A stretch of DNA of 64,000 bases from Psilocybe cubensis (lineage: Eukaryota). The position numbers and the translations under genes were made by a program. The DNA is taken from the NCBI GenBank assembly GCA_017499595.2, contig CM039007.1, positions 992,001 to 1,056,000 of the forward strand, read 5' to 3'. The notes beneath the pieces were generated by a model, which worked only from the letters and a program-made list of their open reading frames with translations, had not been told where the DNA came from and ran no database searches. The number at the start of each line of letters is the position of its first letter. Position 1 is the stretch's first letter. Positions 11,168 to 24,496 of the stretch are shown piece after piece.

Positions 11168-14100
11168 TCAAGCATTCGAACTAGCTTTAGCTTTCGCGGC
11201 CGATTCCAGCTCAGTGAAAGATCCGCTCTTCATGCACATGTTTCTGAATATTCCATCCTCCTTGTTGATTAGATTCCAAGGGGTATCAAACTCGACGATC
11301 TGAAATCGTGGGTTAGTTCGTGAATTAAGTGGTTAGAAAACGGAGATGTCTCTACCTGTCCTTTGTCCAGAACGATTAAACGGTCATAGTCAATGACAGT
11401 ACGAAGACGATGTGCGACTGGGGTATATGCCATTAGTCACAAAGATAGAGTGTATAATCCAGAGTCAAATCACCTGTCAGAAGAAGAGAATTGGTAAACT
11501 CTTCACGAATGGTAGTTTGGATTTTGGCATCCGTCGCAAAATCGATGCTGCTGGTAGCCTCGTCCAATACAATAATGGAACTGCGACGAAGCAACGCCCG
11601 GGCCATCGCAATCAATTGTCTTTGACCCTGCGAGAAGTTAGTTCCCCCTGCAGATACCTTGGTATCAAGCGACACCGAAGCCTTGGAGTCAACATTGGTT
11701 GAAGCTGCTGACATGGTGTCAATGGTGCTTTCGCGATCGTGACCCGTTGGGGTTGAAGGTCTGGTTGGATTGCGCGATGATGATGCACTCTGATCTCTGG
11801 ACGATTCGAGAGACAAATGTGGACTGTCCGTAATCATATGCACTCTGCGCAACACGTCCAGGCATTCAGCATCAGTGTGGTCACCTAGCAAATGATTAGC
11901 CATGCGTAGAACTTAATTTGATGAGACGTACCAAATGGATCGAGGTTGTCTCGTAACGTCCCTGAGAATAGAGTGGCATCCTGTAATATATCAGATGTTG
12001 CTCTTCGCCATTCAAATAATGCTTACTTGAGGGATGAAGGTCTGTAGAAGTACATCGTAAGATCAAGTGGGCCAGGTATAAACAGAATGCTTACTAGTCG
12101 TGAGCGCAAGTCGTGAATTCCAATAGTAGATATGTCAATTCCGTCAATCATGATTCGACCATTGGTGGGGTCAACAAATCTCAGAATACTCATAGCAAGT
12201 GTAGATTTTCCACTTCCTATAATGTATATTAGAATAGGTCGAGGCGAGGTTGCTAAAGGCGTACCAGTGCGACCTAAAAGGCCAACTCTTTCCCCAGCTT
12301 TCAGAGAGAACGACACGCCATGCAAAACGGCCGGCAGATCTGGGGCATATTTGATCTCCAAATCTTCGACGACAACGAGCGAGTCGTTATTAGAACTCGA
12401 TGGCCAGTAAGCGGGTACGCGATTTGATTCAATTATTGCGGGCGGTTCCTGAGGAAGATCAAGGCTTTGCGGTATGTCAGTCCAAATTCTGTGATGGAAG
12501 ATGGGAAAACTGACTATTCAACGACACGTTCAACAGAGCTATTGGAAATTGAGCACCAATCAGAGTCAGTATTATACACCACTTACTTCAGATCGAGCTC
12601 GAGACCTGCAGGCAAAGCATTAGACCATGTATCGTATGACCGAAAGAGAAAGACTTACCAGTCCAGAATCGACACGCCCAATAAACTGCGATCACGTGAT
12701 ATTATTAACAAGCAAAATCGTACGAAGATAGCCAGCGTACCTGAAGATGTAAAGGCCATTGCGCTTGTAATACAGAGACCAGCGAGGCCGGCACCGTTTG
12801 CGAGCGTAGCTATAGAGAACAATGTGGTAACCAGTACAGAAAGTGCACCGAGAGCATCGAAATTGAGTAGCAGCCATCGGTTGGTCATCCAGAAAGTATA
12901 CCACATCTTTATCGATCGTGTCATCAAGTAGTAAAGCAAATATTAACAATAAAATACATACCTTGGTGGTAACATCAATCTTCTTGTGCAAATTATCCAA
13001 GAATCTCCTTTCGGCAGAGAAAGCTCTGACGGTGACAATTCCTTCAAGGAGCTCTCCGAAGTCTGAAAAGATAGGGGACCTCGAATTAGATTCCATTCTT
13101 CGAAGGTCTCGGCCAGTGTTGAGATATCCGATCGCCAACGAACGATAAGCAAAGCCTATGAAAATTGCTGGAATGATGAAGTAAGGGAAGACAACGCTGT
13201 TGGCCAAATATATGAGAGCAGAAATGAATTGAGTATTAAAGTTAAACTCACGCAACAGTGATGATGGCAGCAAAGAATCCCATCAGAGAGGAGTTGACGG
13301 CTTGCAAAGATCCAGCTAGGGAGGAGTCAATGGTTTCTACATCCTTCCCAAATCGATTAAGCATGCGGCCTAACAAAAGAATGAGACCGGCAAAACAAGC
13401 GAAAAGAATAGCAGCATACCCTGTGGGGTTGTATCATGGAATCGGAAGGTCGCTCGTACAACAGTTACGAGAAGTTGCCTAGTATGACATTAGCCCTAAG
13501 GTCACGGAGATATGGAAAGAATCAAGTATTCACGCACTTGAAAAGAATGCGGGAGGCTCGCAATGCACCCGTATACTGAATCATTACTGAAGTGATACTT
13601 GCTAGTGCAGTTGCCATACCAATGCCAGCGTAGATCCCGATGTAAAAGAGGGGATGTTCAGAGGCATTAGGCCATTGAATACCAAATATGCCTTTTGGGG
13701 GCGCTAGGCTCTGATAAGTATGGTAATGTTGATGATTCATGGAAAGGCCATCCATAGATGCTTCGTGTTCAGCGGTGGCAAACGTGCGGAACTCGTAGAA
13801 TGCTGGAGAAGTCTCGTTGCCGATCTTATACGCTTCACCCCAAGTCTATGAAATGATAAGCAAGGACATATTTTGAAACCAACATGCTGACCTTGATCCA
13901 AAGTTTCTCGGAAATGTTCAAAAATTGAATTAGGACAATGATCAAGGCTAGGAAAGCCCATGTCCAGTACGAGCTAGATCAACGTTGAATCAATGTCAGG
14001 AATTATCGCCCAAGAACAATAAAGACGTACGAGGCCTTGAGGTAACTCTTGTAGATAGACCACTTGACTCCCCCTGTCTCTCTATGCTCATCTTTGACAA

Positions 14101-17100
14101 GTTTCCTGGGCTTTTTGGTAGCGTCGGCCGTTTTAGAAGGATCTTCGAGGGTTTCTTCAATCGCAGCTGCATCCGCCTCAATAGCCTCTTCCTTGTGCGC
14201 GTCAACAGAGGCATCCAGTTTAATTTCTTCTAGAACACCTTGTTCCCTGAGTTCCTTGACTGTTCCTTGGGTGTCGATGCGGCCATCAAGCATACGGATA
14301 AGATAGTGGGCCCCAGGAAGCACAAGTTCGACATGATGTGTTACCAGTACCTAGACGGAGTGAGTGATTCACGCTTTACAAAGATAGACGACGAGGTATA
14401 CTCACAACAGTCCTGTTAGCCAAAAGTGGGCCGCGCAAAAGCTTCTCGTAAAGGAACCTTGATGTATGACTGTCGACCGCACTGAGAGGGTCATCCAGCA
14501 ACACATATTTGGTTCGAGCATAAACGGCTCGCGCCAGCGCAACTCTGGCTTTCTGTCCTCCTGATAAGCTCACACCCCTGGTAGTCAATGTTTCAATATA
14601 TTAAAGTGGAGAGCAACAATGCTTGAAAAACAACCGACCTTGCTCCAATCTCTGTCGCATCGCCGTCCTCTAACATCTTCAAATCGGGCCTGAGAGCGCA
14701 GGAATCGATAACCATGTTATATCGTGCCTCATCGTACGGGTACCCAAACAGGATGTTGTCCTTGATTGATTGGTGCCTTAACCATGGCGATTGGGCCGCG
14801 TAGGAGATACAGTGCATGAGTCCGTTCTCATCGACGCGCGACGGCTCCTTGGACATAATTATACGTCCGTTTGTAAGGGTCAATTCACCAAGAACGGCGA
14901 GCTATATAAGTGAGTTCAATGACTAGATCGTGCTCTAAAGATAATAGAACCTACGAGAAGTGCAGTTTTCCCAGAAGCGGTTGGTCCAGTAACAACAGTC
15001 AATTCACCCTGCGGGAAAACGACAGATATATCTCTTAACTCGAATACTCGGTCTTGAGGTCCCGTAACACTCCTTTCAGAGGCGTTATCATCAACGGTTG
15101 TGCTGGCGTCGTCGGCAGTCAGGTCGGCAGTGGTAGTAGGTAAGGTAGTTTTCCCGTCACTCTTGCCTTTATCTTTATCCACTGCATCCGTTACCTCATT
15201 CCATTTGAAAGACGCATTCTCGAGCCCAAGTCCTTCATCGTCCGCACCAGGCAATAGGGGCTCCGAATAGTCCTTCTTGAGCGAAGAAACCTGATCTGTG
15301 ACCTCTTCTTCGTCGAGATAGACAGAAATCCTATTGAGCGCGACACCAGTCTGAAGATTATATACAGGTTAGGGGACTCAAAAAAAATGGCGTCTGCCAC
15401 TAACCTGCAAAATTTGGACGATCCAGGTTGGGATAACATTCAGTGGTGCTCTGGGTGCCATTATCAATTATAATGACCACCTAATAAGTTACGTCATACA
15501 AACTTACCTGACCATATTGAATAGAGCAATTGCCTGTGATTTAACGCGTATATTAGGTGTGACAAAGGTGGGATGGCAAGATAACTAACCGTGAAAGCAG
15601 TACTAATGGTCAGCTCATTGCCCTGTAGAACATAGGCCATAAACGAGATGATGGATACTAAGATCGGAGCAGTCGTCCAGAGAAGGCCAAACAAAACCGA
15701 GTTGATACGAGCTGAGAGTTTTGCGTTAGCACGAACAATACAGGTAACATGATTCTAAATCACCTTTAACCATCCATTTCATTTCAAACTCTCGTGCGTC
15801 TAGGGCCTTGCCAATCCAACGCTCTTCCCAAGCAAAGAATTTGATGAATTTGACCTAGATCATGTTTGCAAGGTTATCGGGAGGTACAGACAATATATTA
15901 AGGAACGCACTGCGCCAATCAACTCATTAAGGACTCCCATACGCTTGTCTCGTGCAGCAAGCACGCCTTTCTGGATTCTGATACTTCGGCGAGCGATGAA
16001 GCTGTTGAGAGGCCATCCGACAAGCAATACTACAAATCCTGCAAAAGCGCTGAGACCCAATAGTCTAAGAACGAAGGTAAGTATTCGTCAATGTTGAAAC
16101 AGTGGCACGCTTAACTGATACAGGAATACACCAGCGATGATAATCTCAAAGGGCGCTGTATCAAAGATAATTAGAACTCGTCGAAAGGGACCGTTTGATG
16201 AAGCATACCGCCATATATGAAGTACAAGGCTGAAATTGTCATAGAAATCTATGAACAACATGAGATTGTGGTTTGCATCGAATAATGGTGACCTACCCTA
16301 TTGGCGTCCCCAGCCATAAGATTGACTATTTTTCCAACATCAGCTCCGGCTTTGGGGTCATCAGCTTTAGCTGCTTTTTCCTTTTCTTCTTTCTTCTTCG
16401 CTTTTGATTTGCCTTCGAGGGCGCATCAGCATTATGACGAAAATCGTGTTGTAATTTATAGGAGACACACGTTTGGACTCTTTGGTCTCGACACCATTTG
16501 ATGGGGATTCCTTAACTTCCTCCTCTTTTTTGTCTTTGTTGACGACGCCTGAGAAATCTTTGCGTTTCAACGCCTTGTCGTATATCGCCGCCATCAGCTC
16601 GGAGCGAATCCGCGTTGCTGCCCGTCGGCCAAACCATAGGTGCTGAACGTCAGCTTGTGCCTATAGAAATATCATGCCGGTGTCAACAAAGTTGATGGCG
16701 ATTGGCCAAACCTTCAAAATGGAACATGTGAACGCGAGGAACGCATATATGTATGCTCGCGTGCGGCTTTCCGGCGTTGGCTCTTCCAAGTCAATTAAAT
16801 CTAGGATCCGCCTTAAGATAAGTTAGAATTTTATTGGAGAATGCTAGACATGGCACATACTTTAGGAAAAAAGGACCTGCATAGTTAAACAATACGCTGA
16901 CAAAAGTTAAGGAGAAATCCAAGCTAGATAGTCGTATGTGTGAGAATCTAACAATGCGAGCATATGCTCAACCAACTGACATGAGATCAAGGGAGTTGGC
17001 CGCCCATAGGCGACGGAGCAGGGTGGAACGTTTGATGGAGCTGAACTTGACAAAAATAGGCCTCGATTGCATTGTGGGACTCATATCCCATACGTCCTTT

Positions 17101-17979
17101 TCTTCAAGCGTAGTATTTGTTCCCTATTGTTCAGATGAGCTCCGAGTCAATAGAGAGAATATGGAATCAACGTACCCGTTTAACCAAGGGGTAAACCCAC
17201 TTGAAAGTAATCCATCCCCACAGGTTAGTGTAGTCCTCCGGCGAGACAGAATGCCCCTATGGAAAGTTAGAGAAAGACACGCCTGCCACATATAAACCAC
17301 GTACAATTTCCTTAGGATCAACGCGGTTGCTCGGGAGTGCCAAAGGTATTGTGACAACTACAGACAATAGGAGTATGAGGGAAAGTAAATTGGTGAGCAT
17401 ACCAAGCAGGGCAAGATTAGATGGAGGCGGGGCCCCTAAGACACGGTTATCGAATAAAGCTCCGCCAAATTGAAGGATTGAGGTGAATAGCAGGATTAAA
17501 TACAATGTGAACATGTCGGCGGGGCCGGTCGCTGGCGGAATAACGATGGGTCGGACGACGGTGTACATCCAAGCAAAAGCTACAAGGAATGAAGCCACTC
17601 CTGCCCATATATCCGTTGTATCATTGTATATGAGGAATGAGCCATGTGCGACCCAGCAGAAACACTGCACGATTCCTACGAATACAAATACCACAGTGCG
17701 CCAAAGGGGGGCGATATGGGACACTTCCAACACAATCTCCGTGTCGTCTCCATCAAAACCTTTCTCTCCGGTGATATCAATGGCCTCCGCTTCATGTAAC
17801 GTCAGGTAAGTCTTGAATGGCGCGCCTAGAAATCGTAGTATCCGTCGGGCAGGTTGTGGTAGGGGTATAGTCGATAAGCACAAAGCGAAAACGAAGACTG
17901 CTGGAAGAAATGCGCTCCATGATAGTCGTACGCATTGACTGCTAAAGTCTAATGGGCCATGGTCCTCACAAAGGCCCAT
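11168..17979 (-). CDS. Full-length ABCC/MRP-family ABC transporter (YBT1/BPT1-like), multi-exon
   Basis: N-terminal TM extension (MGLCEDHG...), TMD1, NBD1 ([27 protein letters not shown]), TMD2, NBD2 ([24 protein letters not shown]); stop TGA at 11168-11170; many short introns. Confidence 0.95.
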
Positions 17980-18418
17980 ATCGCGTCGAAAACCCAAAGA
18001 TATAGCTGTGGTAGACGGTTGCGAAGGATGCAATCGAATTGGGTTAGGTTAGCTTGGCAACTTACTTAGTGAAAAGATAAAACTATTAATTAATTAATTA
18101 ATTAATTACATAAGTATATAGCAGTATTGTTGAATCGGAGATCAAAACTGGAATGAACAGTTACACGAATGGAACACAACCTTCAAAAGTTGTTCAAAAG
18201 CTCAACCACGGAACCTAAAGTTCTTGATCTTAAACTGCTGCTCGTTATTTCTTCGTTGAAATTAGACTCTTATCTAAACATATCTACGCGAAACGTGAGT
18301 AATGAGTATGTAAGTAGTAAAATTTCAAGCCAATTTGCTGCTGATGCTCTTGAAGTTCCAGATTGAAATGGATTGTTCACACAAGTCACTTGCTCACAAA
18401 TACCAACGTTGAATGCAA

Positions 18419-20022
18419 CTAATTTCTGGTCACTGCCTCCTGTGGGTGTACCACAGCACCCCCTGCAACTTCGCCAGTGATCAACGGGAACCAGGAAGTC
18501 CAGTTATGGGATGGCATGTATTCCGGAAATTCACGTCGAGCTTTCTCAAAATCCACAACAAAATCTTCCTTGGCCTGGTTTCTAGAGCTCCACCAGCTCC
18601 CTGTTCCTCTCTGCTTCGCCAGGACATCCAGTTCCATCATCACAATGCCCTCGTATTGAACAACGGCTGCGATACAAAAGTGGGGAGGAATTCCCGTCAT
18701 AGCGCTCGCGTTTTCTTCCACGCTCCATTCGGCTGAATCTTGACTGTGTCCACGGATGGACCCAGTGATGGTCATGGCATGTGCGAGTTGTTTCCTCACT
18801 TGCCACTCGGCGTTGACCTCTGGGCCCGTGTTAAATCCACCCACGCTGAACTGAGCTGGGATACTGAAACTATACTTCCTGTGGTGGCTTTCTTCGTTTT
18901 TTGCGCCTATGGCATATTTGGGCGCGACGTCAATCATCTTGGATGGATGTACTCCGCGGACAGATTTCAGTTTCCACTTGATCCGCAGAGCGTTGAACCG
19001 GCGGGAAGGAGATGGATGGCACTGGAACTGAAGAATCACCAAGCACCTGTGTGGCTCCAAAACCTGCACAGTCGACAACGATGCTGATAGATACGATGTC
19101 GATGACAACTCCTCGCTTATAATGACCGTTGGGGACCTGATAGGTTTTGGTCGATGCAACCCAGGTAAGAACCTCCAATGGTCCGAACTGTGTGTTTCCG
19201 TGGTCTCAGTTCTGGCTATAATCGCCTTGTCTTGTTGTTGCACTGCGTAACCTGGAGGCGGTCCTGGAGGTGGAGCGTATTGTGGTTCTCCAAATGTCGC
19301 AGGCTTGGACTCGTCAAATAAACCGGGATATCGATCTTGAACAATGCTAATCTGAGAGGTATTCAATTTTAATTCTTCTAAAAGTCGTGCCGCTCACCTC
19401 GTTGACATACGCCGCATACCGACTTCTATGCTCCTTCCATTTCTGCTCGAGAGACGTCAGCTGAAGGTTAGTAAATGCCTGCATGAGCATCTTCTCCCTC
19501 CGTAATTGTGAACTCGTTTCCATCGCCATTTCGTTCCACCAGGCAGCAAACTTTGTTAATATAATGCTGAACTGCTCCAAGTCCTGTACGCCTTTGGAAA
19601 GCAGTGTTTGCATCTCAGTAATACCGCAATCCCTTGTGGAATCTTTTTCGACCTTTATCTTATTTAGAAGCTACCGTTCTCATGAGATCAGCAAGGCCAC
19701 CTTTCAGACAAACATTGTACTTGCCTCTTCCACCGTCGTACGAACGTGAATAAAACCCAACTTTGCCTCTACTGCCTTGTCGTATCCTTGCTGTGTCGAT
19801 TCCTTCACTCCTTTCAAAAACGCAATTCGGTCTTCGGGAGTTGAATGCGGCATGAATTTAATAAGCGCTAAAGCATCATCGCAGATCGTGAATCCAACAT
19901 GAGCAGCATCGACGCTGGAACGAATGGCTTTGGAATAAATGATGGCTTGCTGTTACAATACCAAGTTGTGAGCTAAAGTGTAATGTTGAGGTAATGAACC
20001 ATGCTCATCTCGCATCATGATC
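18419..20022 (-). pseudogene. Gene A copy 1 (unique 3' end; exon 1 and start lost by deletions)
   Basis: 315-aa terminal exon differs from copies 2-4 at 12 substitutions within 18419-18710; 5' end has the deleted structure; frame is open from the internal Met (MPHSTPED). Confidence 0.75.
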
Positions 20023-20178
20023 TAGGAATCAAATCTTACGAGACAATGGGCGCTTAAGGGATAATTTCTCGTTATAATAGAGTATTAATAGTACAAAATT
20101 CGCACAGAAAGGGGACCCTGATGAAAAGAGATAGAAGTTCGAAACTGCCATTCCTCTTCCATCATCTAAACCGACCTG

Positions 20179-20240
20179 GTTTCTCCCCGCCCGAAGGCCG
20201 TGGACGGGGAGAAACGGCGTGAGGGGTTACGCCCTCACGC
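20179..20240. other. Two adjacent GC-rich hairpins (repeated at +7450 and +14900)
   Basis: GTTTCTCCCCG (20179-20189) / CGGGGAGAAAC (20205-20215); GCGTGAGGG (20217-20225) / CCCTCACGC (20232-20240). Confidence 0.9.
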
Positions 20241-20414
20241 ACTACCAACAAATGCGTTGAAGCACCAAAAGTCCTAAAATCGAGTTTGAGTGCAAGTTTT
20301 GATTTTCAGGAGATGGCTTACTGATCCAGACCCGAGACCTTTGCATACCTGCAAAATTGAACTTTTAACCCAAGGGTCGAGTTCGAGGCTGGGAACTCAC
20401 AAGGCGTGTTACAG

Positions 20415-21210
20415 AGTTTGCGGGACATTGAAAAATCAAATTTTCAACACGAGGGATGAGATCAAGGGCGTTCAGTTGCGGGACATCCGGAGAATGAGTT
20501 GCCATGAAGGTAGTTTGGTGGGAACTGGATTCTAAGTGAGCGGGAACCATGATTAACGGCAACAAGGTGTGTAATGACAAGTTTGCGGGACAGACACGAG
20601 GGGAAGACCGGTTGTTTGCTGCTGGAACCTGCACATTGGATGTAGCTGTTGCAAGACGAAGGTTCCCTGATGTCAAGTTTGCGGGACATCCATAAATCAA
20701 ATTTCTGACACGTGGGATAAGTGTCAGAGGTGGTTTAGCAGGAAACGAGTTCTAAGTGATAGAATCACATCAGTAACAATTGAAAGTCAACAAAGAAGGG
20801 AACCGACCAGGTAATCGAGGACAAGATCGCGGGACGTTCAAAAATCGAATTTTGAACACAAAGGGTAGACCTGTTGTTTTCTGTCGGAATCCGTAACATA
20901 TGGGTGGGTATGACAAGAGCGTGTGGGCGTCATGTTTGCGGGACATCCGAAAATCGAATTTTAAATCCAAGGGTTTGAAGGGCAAGTTGAAGTTTATGGT
21001 GTAAATCAAGTCTAAGTGAAGAAAATACATCAGTACATTGCTGCAATTCTATCAATGAAGACCACTGACCAGGTATTCCCGGACAAGTTCACGGGACGCT
21101 CAAAAATCAGATTTTGAATGCGAGGGGTGGGTGCATGTTGGTAGCGAGGGTTGTGGTTCACCGGACCTCGAAAAATCGAATTTTCATAGCGCGAGTAGAG
21201 TTCTAAGTGC
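20415..21210 (+). repeat. Degenerate motif array: (GTTT)GCGGGAC...AAAATCGAATTTT and TCTAAGTG
   Basis: GCGGGAC at 20420, 20478, 20585, 20681, 20829, 20938 (variants at 21091, 21161); TCTAAGTG at 20531, 20751, 21011, 21202. Confidence 0.85.
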
Positions 21211-23569
21211 ATGGATTGAATGAGTACACCACAGCTGCCCGGCACATAGCAAGAACCTACCTAGAGGTAGCAAGAAATGTCAACGTTGGTGCTGCGTATG
21301 ACATGGGAGTAGGGGTTAGAAGTGCATGGCACAGCCACGTACGTCTGGTGGAGAGGCATAAGGACGGGATACAATCCCTGGGGACTCGTAAATTCTGCTG
21401 CTGCTTATATGCATTTCTCCAAGGTCCCCGTCTCGCAGCCCTGACCGAGTCATTAGTCCCGGAACTTTGCACACACTCCATGATACGTGGCAACAGGCAT
21501 ATTCCGGCAGCAACAACTCGAAAATGTAATCGTTGATCGGGACTCGTTAATCTATTTTCATGCATTTGTTACTGCTCAACATAAACATATTGCATGTATT
21601 CCAAGGAGAAATCCCAAATTGTGCACTCAAAGCGATTTCCAACGGGCACTTTATATTGTTGACATCCACTTTTGTGTACATACATTTTCACGTTTAAAAC
21701 GCCCCGACTAACCTACATTTAGCACAGCTCAATCGAAAAGTCAGATCTAGGGACAGTTTCTTATCACAGACGCCCTCAAATCCAAGATACCGGGAGCACC
21801 CCTGCACCCCATCAATCGAGATTTTCCCCTTTCCAACTCGATAACGTACCTTGCCTGCAAGGTGAAGAATGTCGTCATTAGCAAGAGTTGTGCTCGGGTC
21901 GCCAAGGGGCTAGGGGTATAGAAGCAGCTGAGCTCGAGTGTATCCCTGAGTGCGCCCTAATTCTGGGAAAATACATTCACTTTCCGGATTTAAATCACGA
22001 ACAGTAACACGTCATAGCATGCCAGACGGCTCAAATGCACGGCTAATGGAATCATCGCACGCCCTGTGCGCATTTTGTGTCTGAAATTTACCCGTTTTTA
22101 ACATTTTAAATCTTCAAGTTGCTTGGTGACATATTTGCAGTCATGTAATGTTGCAGATTGGTGATATCATTGCGCCCAATCTACTCTGTAAACCCTTGCA
22201 GCGTGATTGACGTCGTTGAGGTGCTAGGTGTTAAAATAAGCGCCCATGTGTTCGACGTCTGTATTGTTCATTTTCGGGTCACTTGTGGACAATCCGAGCA
22301 TTCGACACTTGTATTATACACTGTATGGCAATGTACCGAGCTCTAAACTATCGTCAAGTCAAATATACGGTCACCGGAAGTACGAAAACGCGGTTTGATT
22401 TAGTGTTGCTTTTGAATGCGGTCTCGCAGGTCCAGCATCCAACCAAACCGCTTGTCCCATCTCTCAATGGGGTTGGAATGCAAAGTTATATCCATCCAGA
22501 TTATCCGGTACAGTCAAATCATCTTCCATCCCGCACAAAGCATGCGACGTGGCACGGGTACTCTATAATCTTCAGGTACATTTCATCTCTATTACCGCAT
22601 TTTTAGGTCAATTTAACAGGTCTAGCGTATCTTAAAATACAATATCAACTTACATTACATCTTTGTTGCGATGTATCGTATCTGAATGGAGCAAAAAAAG
22701 GTTGATATTCCGGATATACACCATTTCTGCTTATTTCAATGGATTCCGGAGAAAGGTTTTGTATGTATCAGTGCAAATAAAATGCTCACTTTGACTCTCT
22801 TTGAAATGAAGTCCCTTTATATCCACACAGAAGCCGAACAAATACATACCTACGCTCCCAGTATGTACACAGCTCACATCGACCTCAAACGAGCAAAAAC
22901 ACACTCACCAAGCACACCTACACCTCCCCATCACACACACACCATTCCCAACGCACACCAAAACCAAACACCACAACCTCTCCAACCGGCACGCAACACG
23001 CGCACACACACACCCTCCCCAAATCCCTCGTTCGGGATACACAACCTCCAAACACCGCCCTTTCCCAACGCATCCCTGAACGAAAACCACGGGAAGAAGG
23101 CGTGTCGTAAGTCTCGTAAGCGCTAGCGGAGGTGCTAATGCAGATAATTTTTATTCTGGCCTTGGAAGCGCGTGGATGTTGAGAAGGTGACATTGGAGGA
23201 GGTGCCGGTGTGCATCGTGATAGGCGTGAATATGGGTTTTTTGCGGCGGTGTGGTTGTTGGGGTATTATAAGGGTCGATAGTTGTACAGTTTATTTGTGG
23301 TAGAGAGAATCTGAGGTTGAGAAAAGTAAGTGATGAGATACGAATCTGGTTCCGAAGAACACAATCACCTTCAATCGTGTCGATGTGCTAGTATATTCGT
23401 GTTGCCCTGTAGAATCCCATGCATTATCGCACTATAATACCAAATCAGGCCCATGAACACCCCAAAGAGAACATACCATTGCCCTCGAAAAGATTTCACA
23501 ACCACGATACCCACAACCAAAAACAACGCCTCCTCCTTCCGCTCTTCAAACTACACCCCGCTCACAACG

Positions 23570-24206
23570 CACCTGTTTCAAAACAATATAAATGCCGTAT
23601 ACAGAGTCCGTAAGCGTGTAAAATAGAACGCAACCGGCGTTCTCTGGATGCATTAAGGTAGCGAGCTCGCTGAGAGCAATCAATCTACTTGTATTATTTC
23701 CGGGCAGTTTTCTGCGTTTCTAATGAATGCAATAAGTACATTGTGCATTGCACCGGCCAAGAGGTAGAAGTGATACGTTACCTGGACATACCACAAACCG
23801 CATAACATCACAGAATCACACCAACAAGTTCCAGCTCGTCTCGGACATCCTATCCTCCTCCCCGGAATCGCGTACACCTCGCCGTTCAAAACGCAGCATT
23901 CAATCCGGTTCTTTGCGGTACTAGCACCATCAAATATCACTGTCGTAAGCAATTTAGGATCGAAGAATGTTATTGTTGACACTCGGGAGTTGCGGGCAGG
24001 TTGGATGGGGACGTACATTTGATTTGCGAGAAATTCAATGTGCAATTGAATTTACCCGCTTTCCAAGAATGCGACGTGTACAGACTCACAGAAAGGAGGT
24101 TAGTCCATAACGTACTGAGTAGGTCCCCGTGTGTCTGTTGGTAGAATGAAGACCCGAGAGCGAGGTGATCTGAATACAGAGATTTGCCAAGTTCTGGCAG
24201 CGACAT
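23570..24206 (-). CDS. Possible small Cys-rich hypothetical gene or relic inside the spacer (copies at +7450 and +14900)
   Basis: ORFs 23970-24206 and 23680-24045, plus a GTAACG...TTAG intron that continues the frame (LWYVQ|KRRKLPGNNTSRLIALSELATLMHPE...); no family recognised. Confidence 0.25.
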
Positions 24207-24496
24207 TTAGATTTTCACAAATCATGTCCTACGACGCACTGTACATGATCCAGAACTAGCAAGATTGGAATATCTCTGCGCTTACAATAGTCAGCCCGAA
24301 GACAAAATCCACACCTCTTCAATGGGGTCCACTGCATTCAATGGAATACCTACACACAGTGACTTGGAAAAACACCAAAAACGCAATCCGAACCACCTAT
24401 CTTTTGCTTACATACAACGGCGATGATGGCATATCGGTTATTGGACCTCACATGAAGCATATTTCGGAAGGAAAGAAGGCAACGTAAGTGGAAGGG

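Noticed and set aside
18085..18108. (TTAA)n palindromic run upstream of ABCC1
   Set aside because: Simple microsatellite with no further support for function.
20240..20260. CACTAC as a CACTA transposon TIR
   Set aside because: No matching inverted terminus found at the other end of the spacer and no transposase.
20415..21210. CRISPR-like repeat/spacer pattern
   Set aside because: Eukaryotic context; repeats are short and degenerate with irregular spacing; no cas genes.
20290..23200. Numerous 60-146 aa ORFs in the spacer, and antisense ORFs over the real genes elsewhere
   Set aside because: Low-complexity or shadow ORFs with non-ATG starts; their recurrence reflects only the array.
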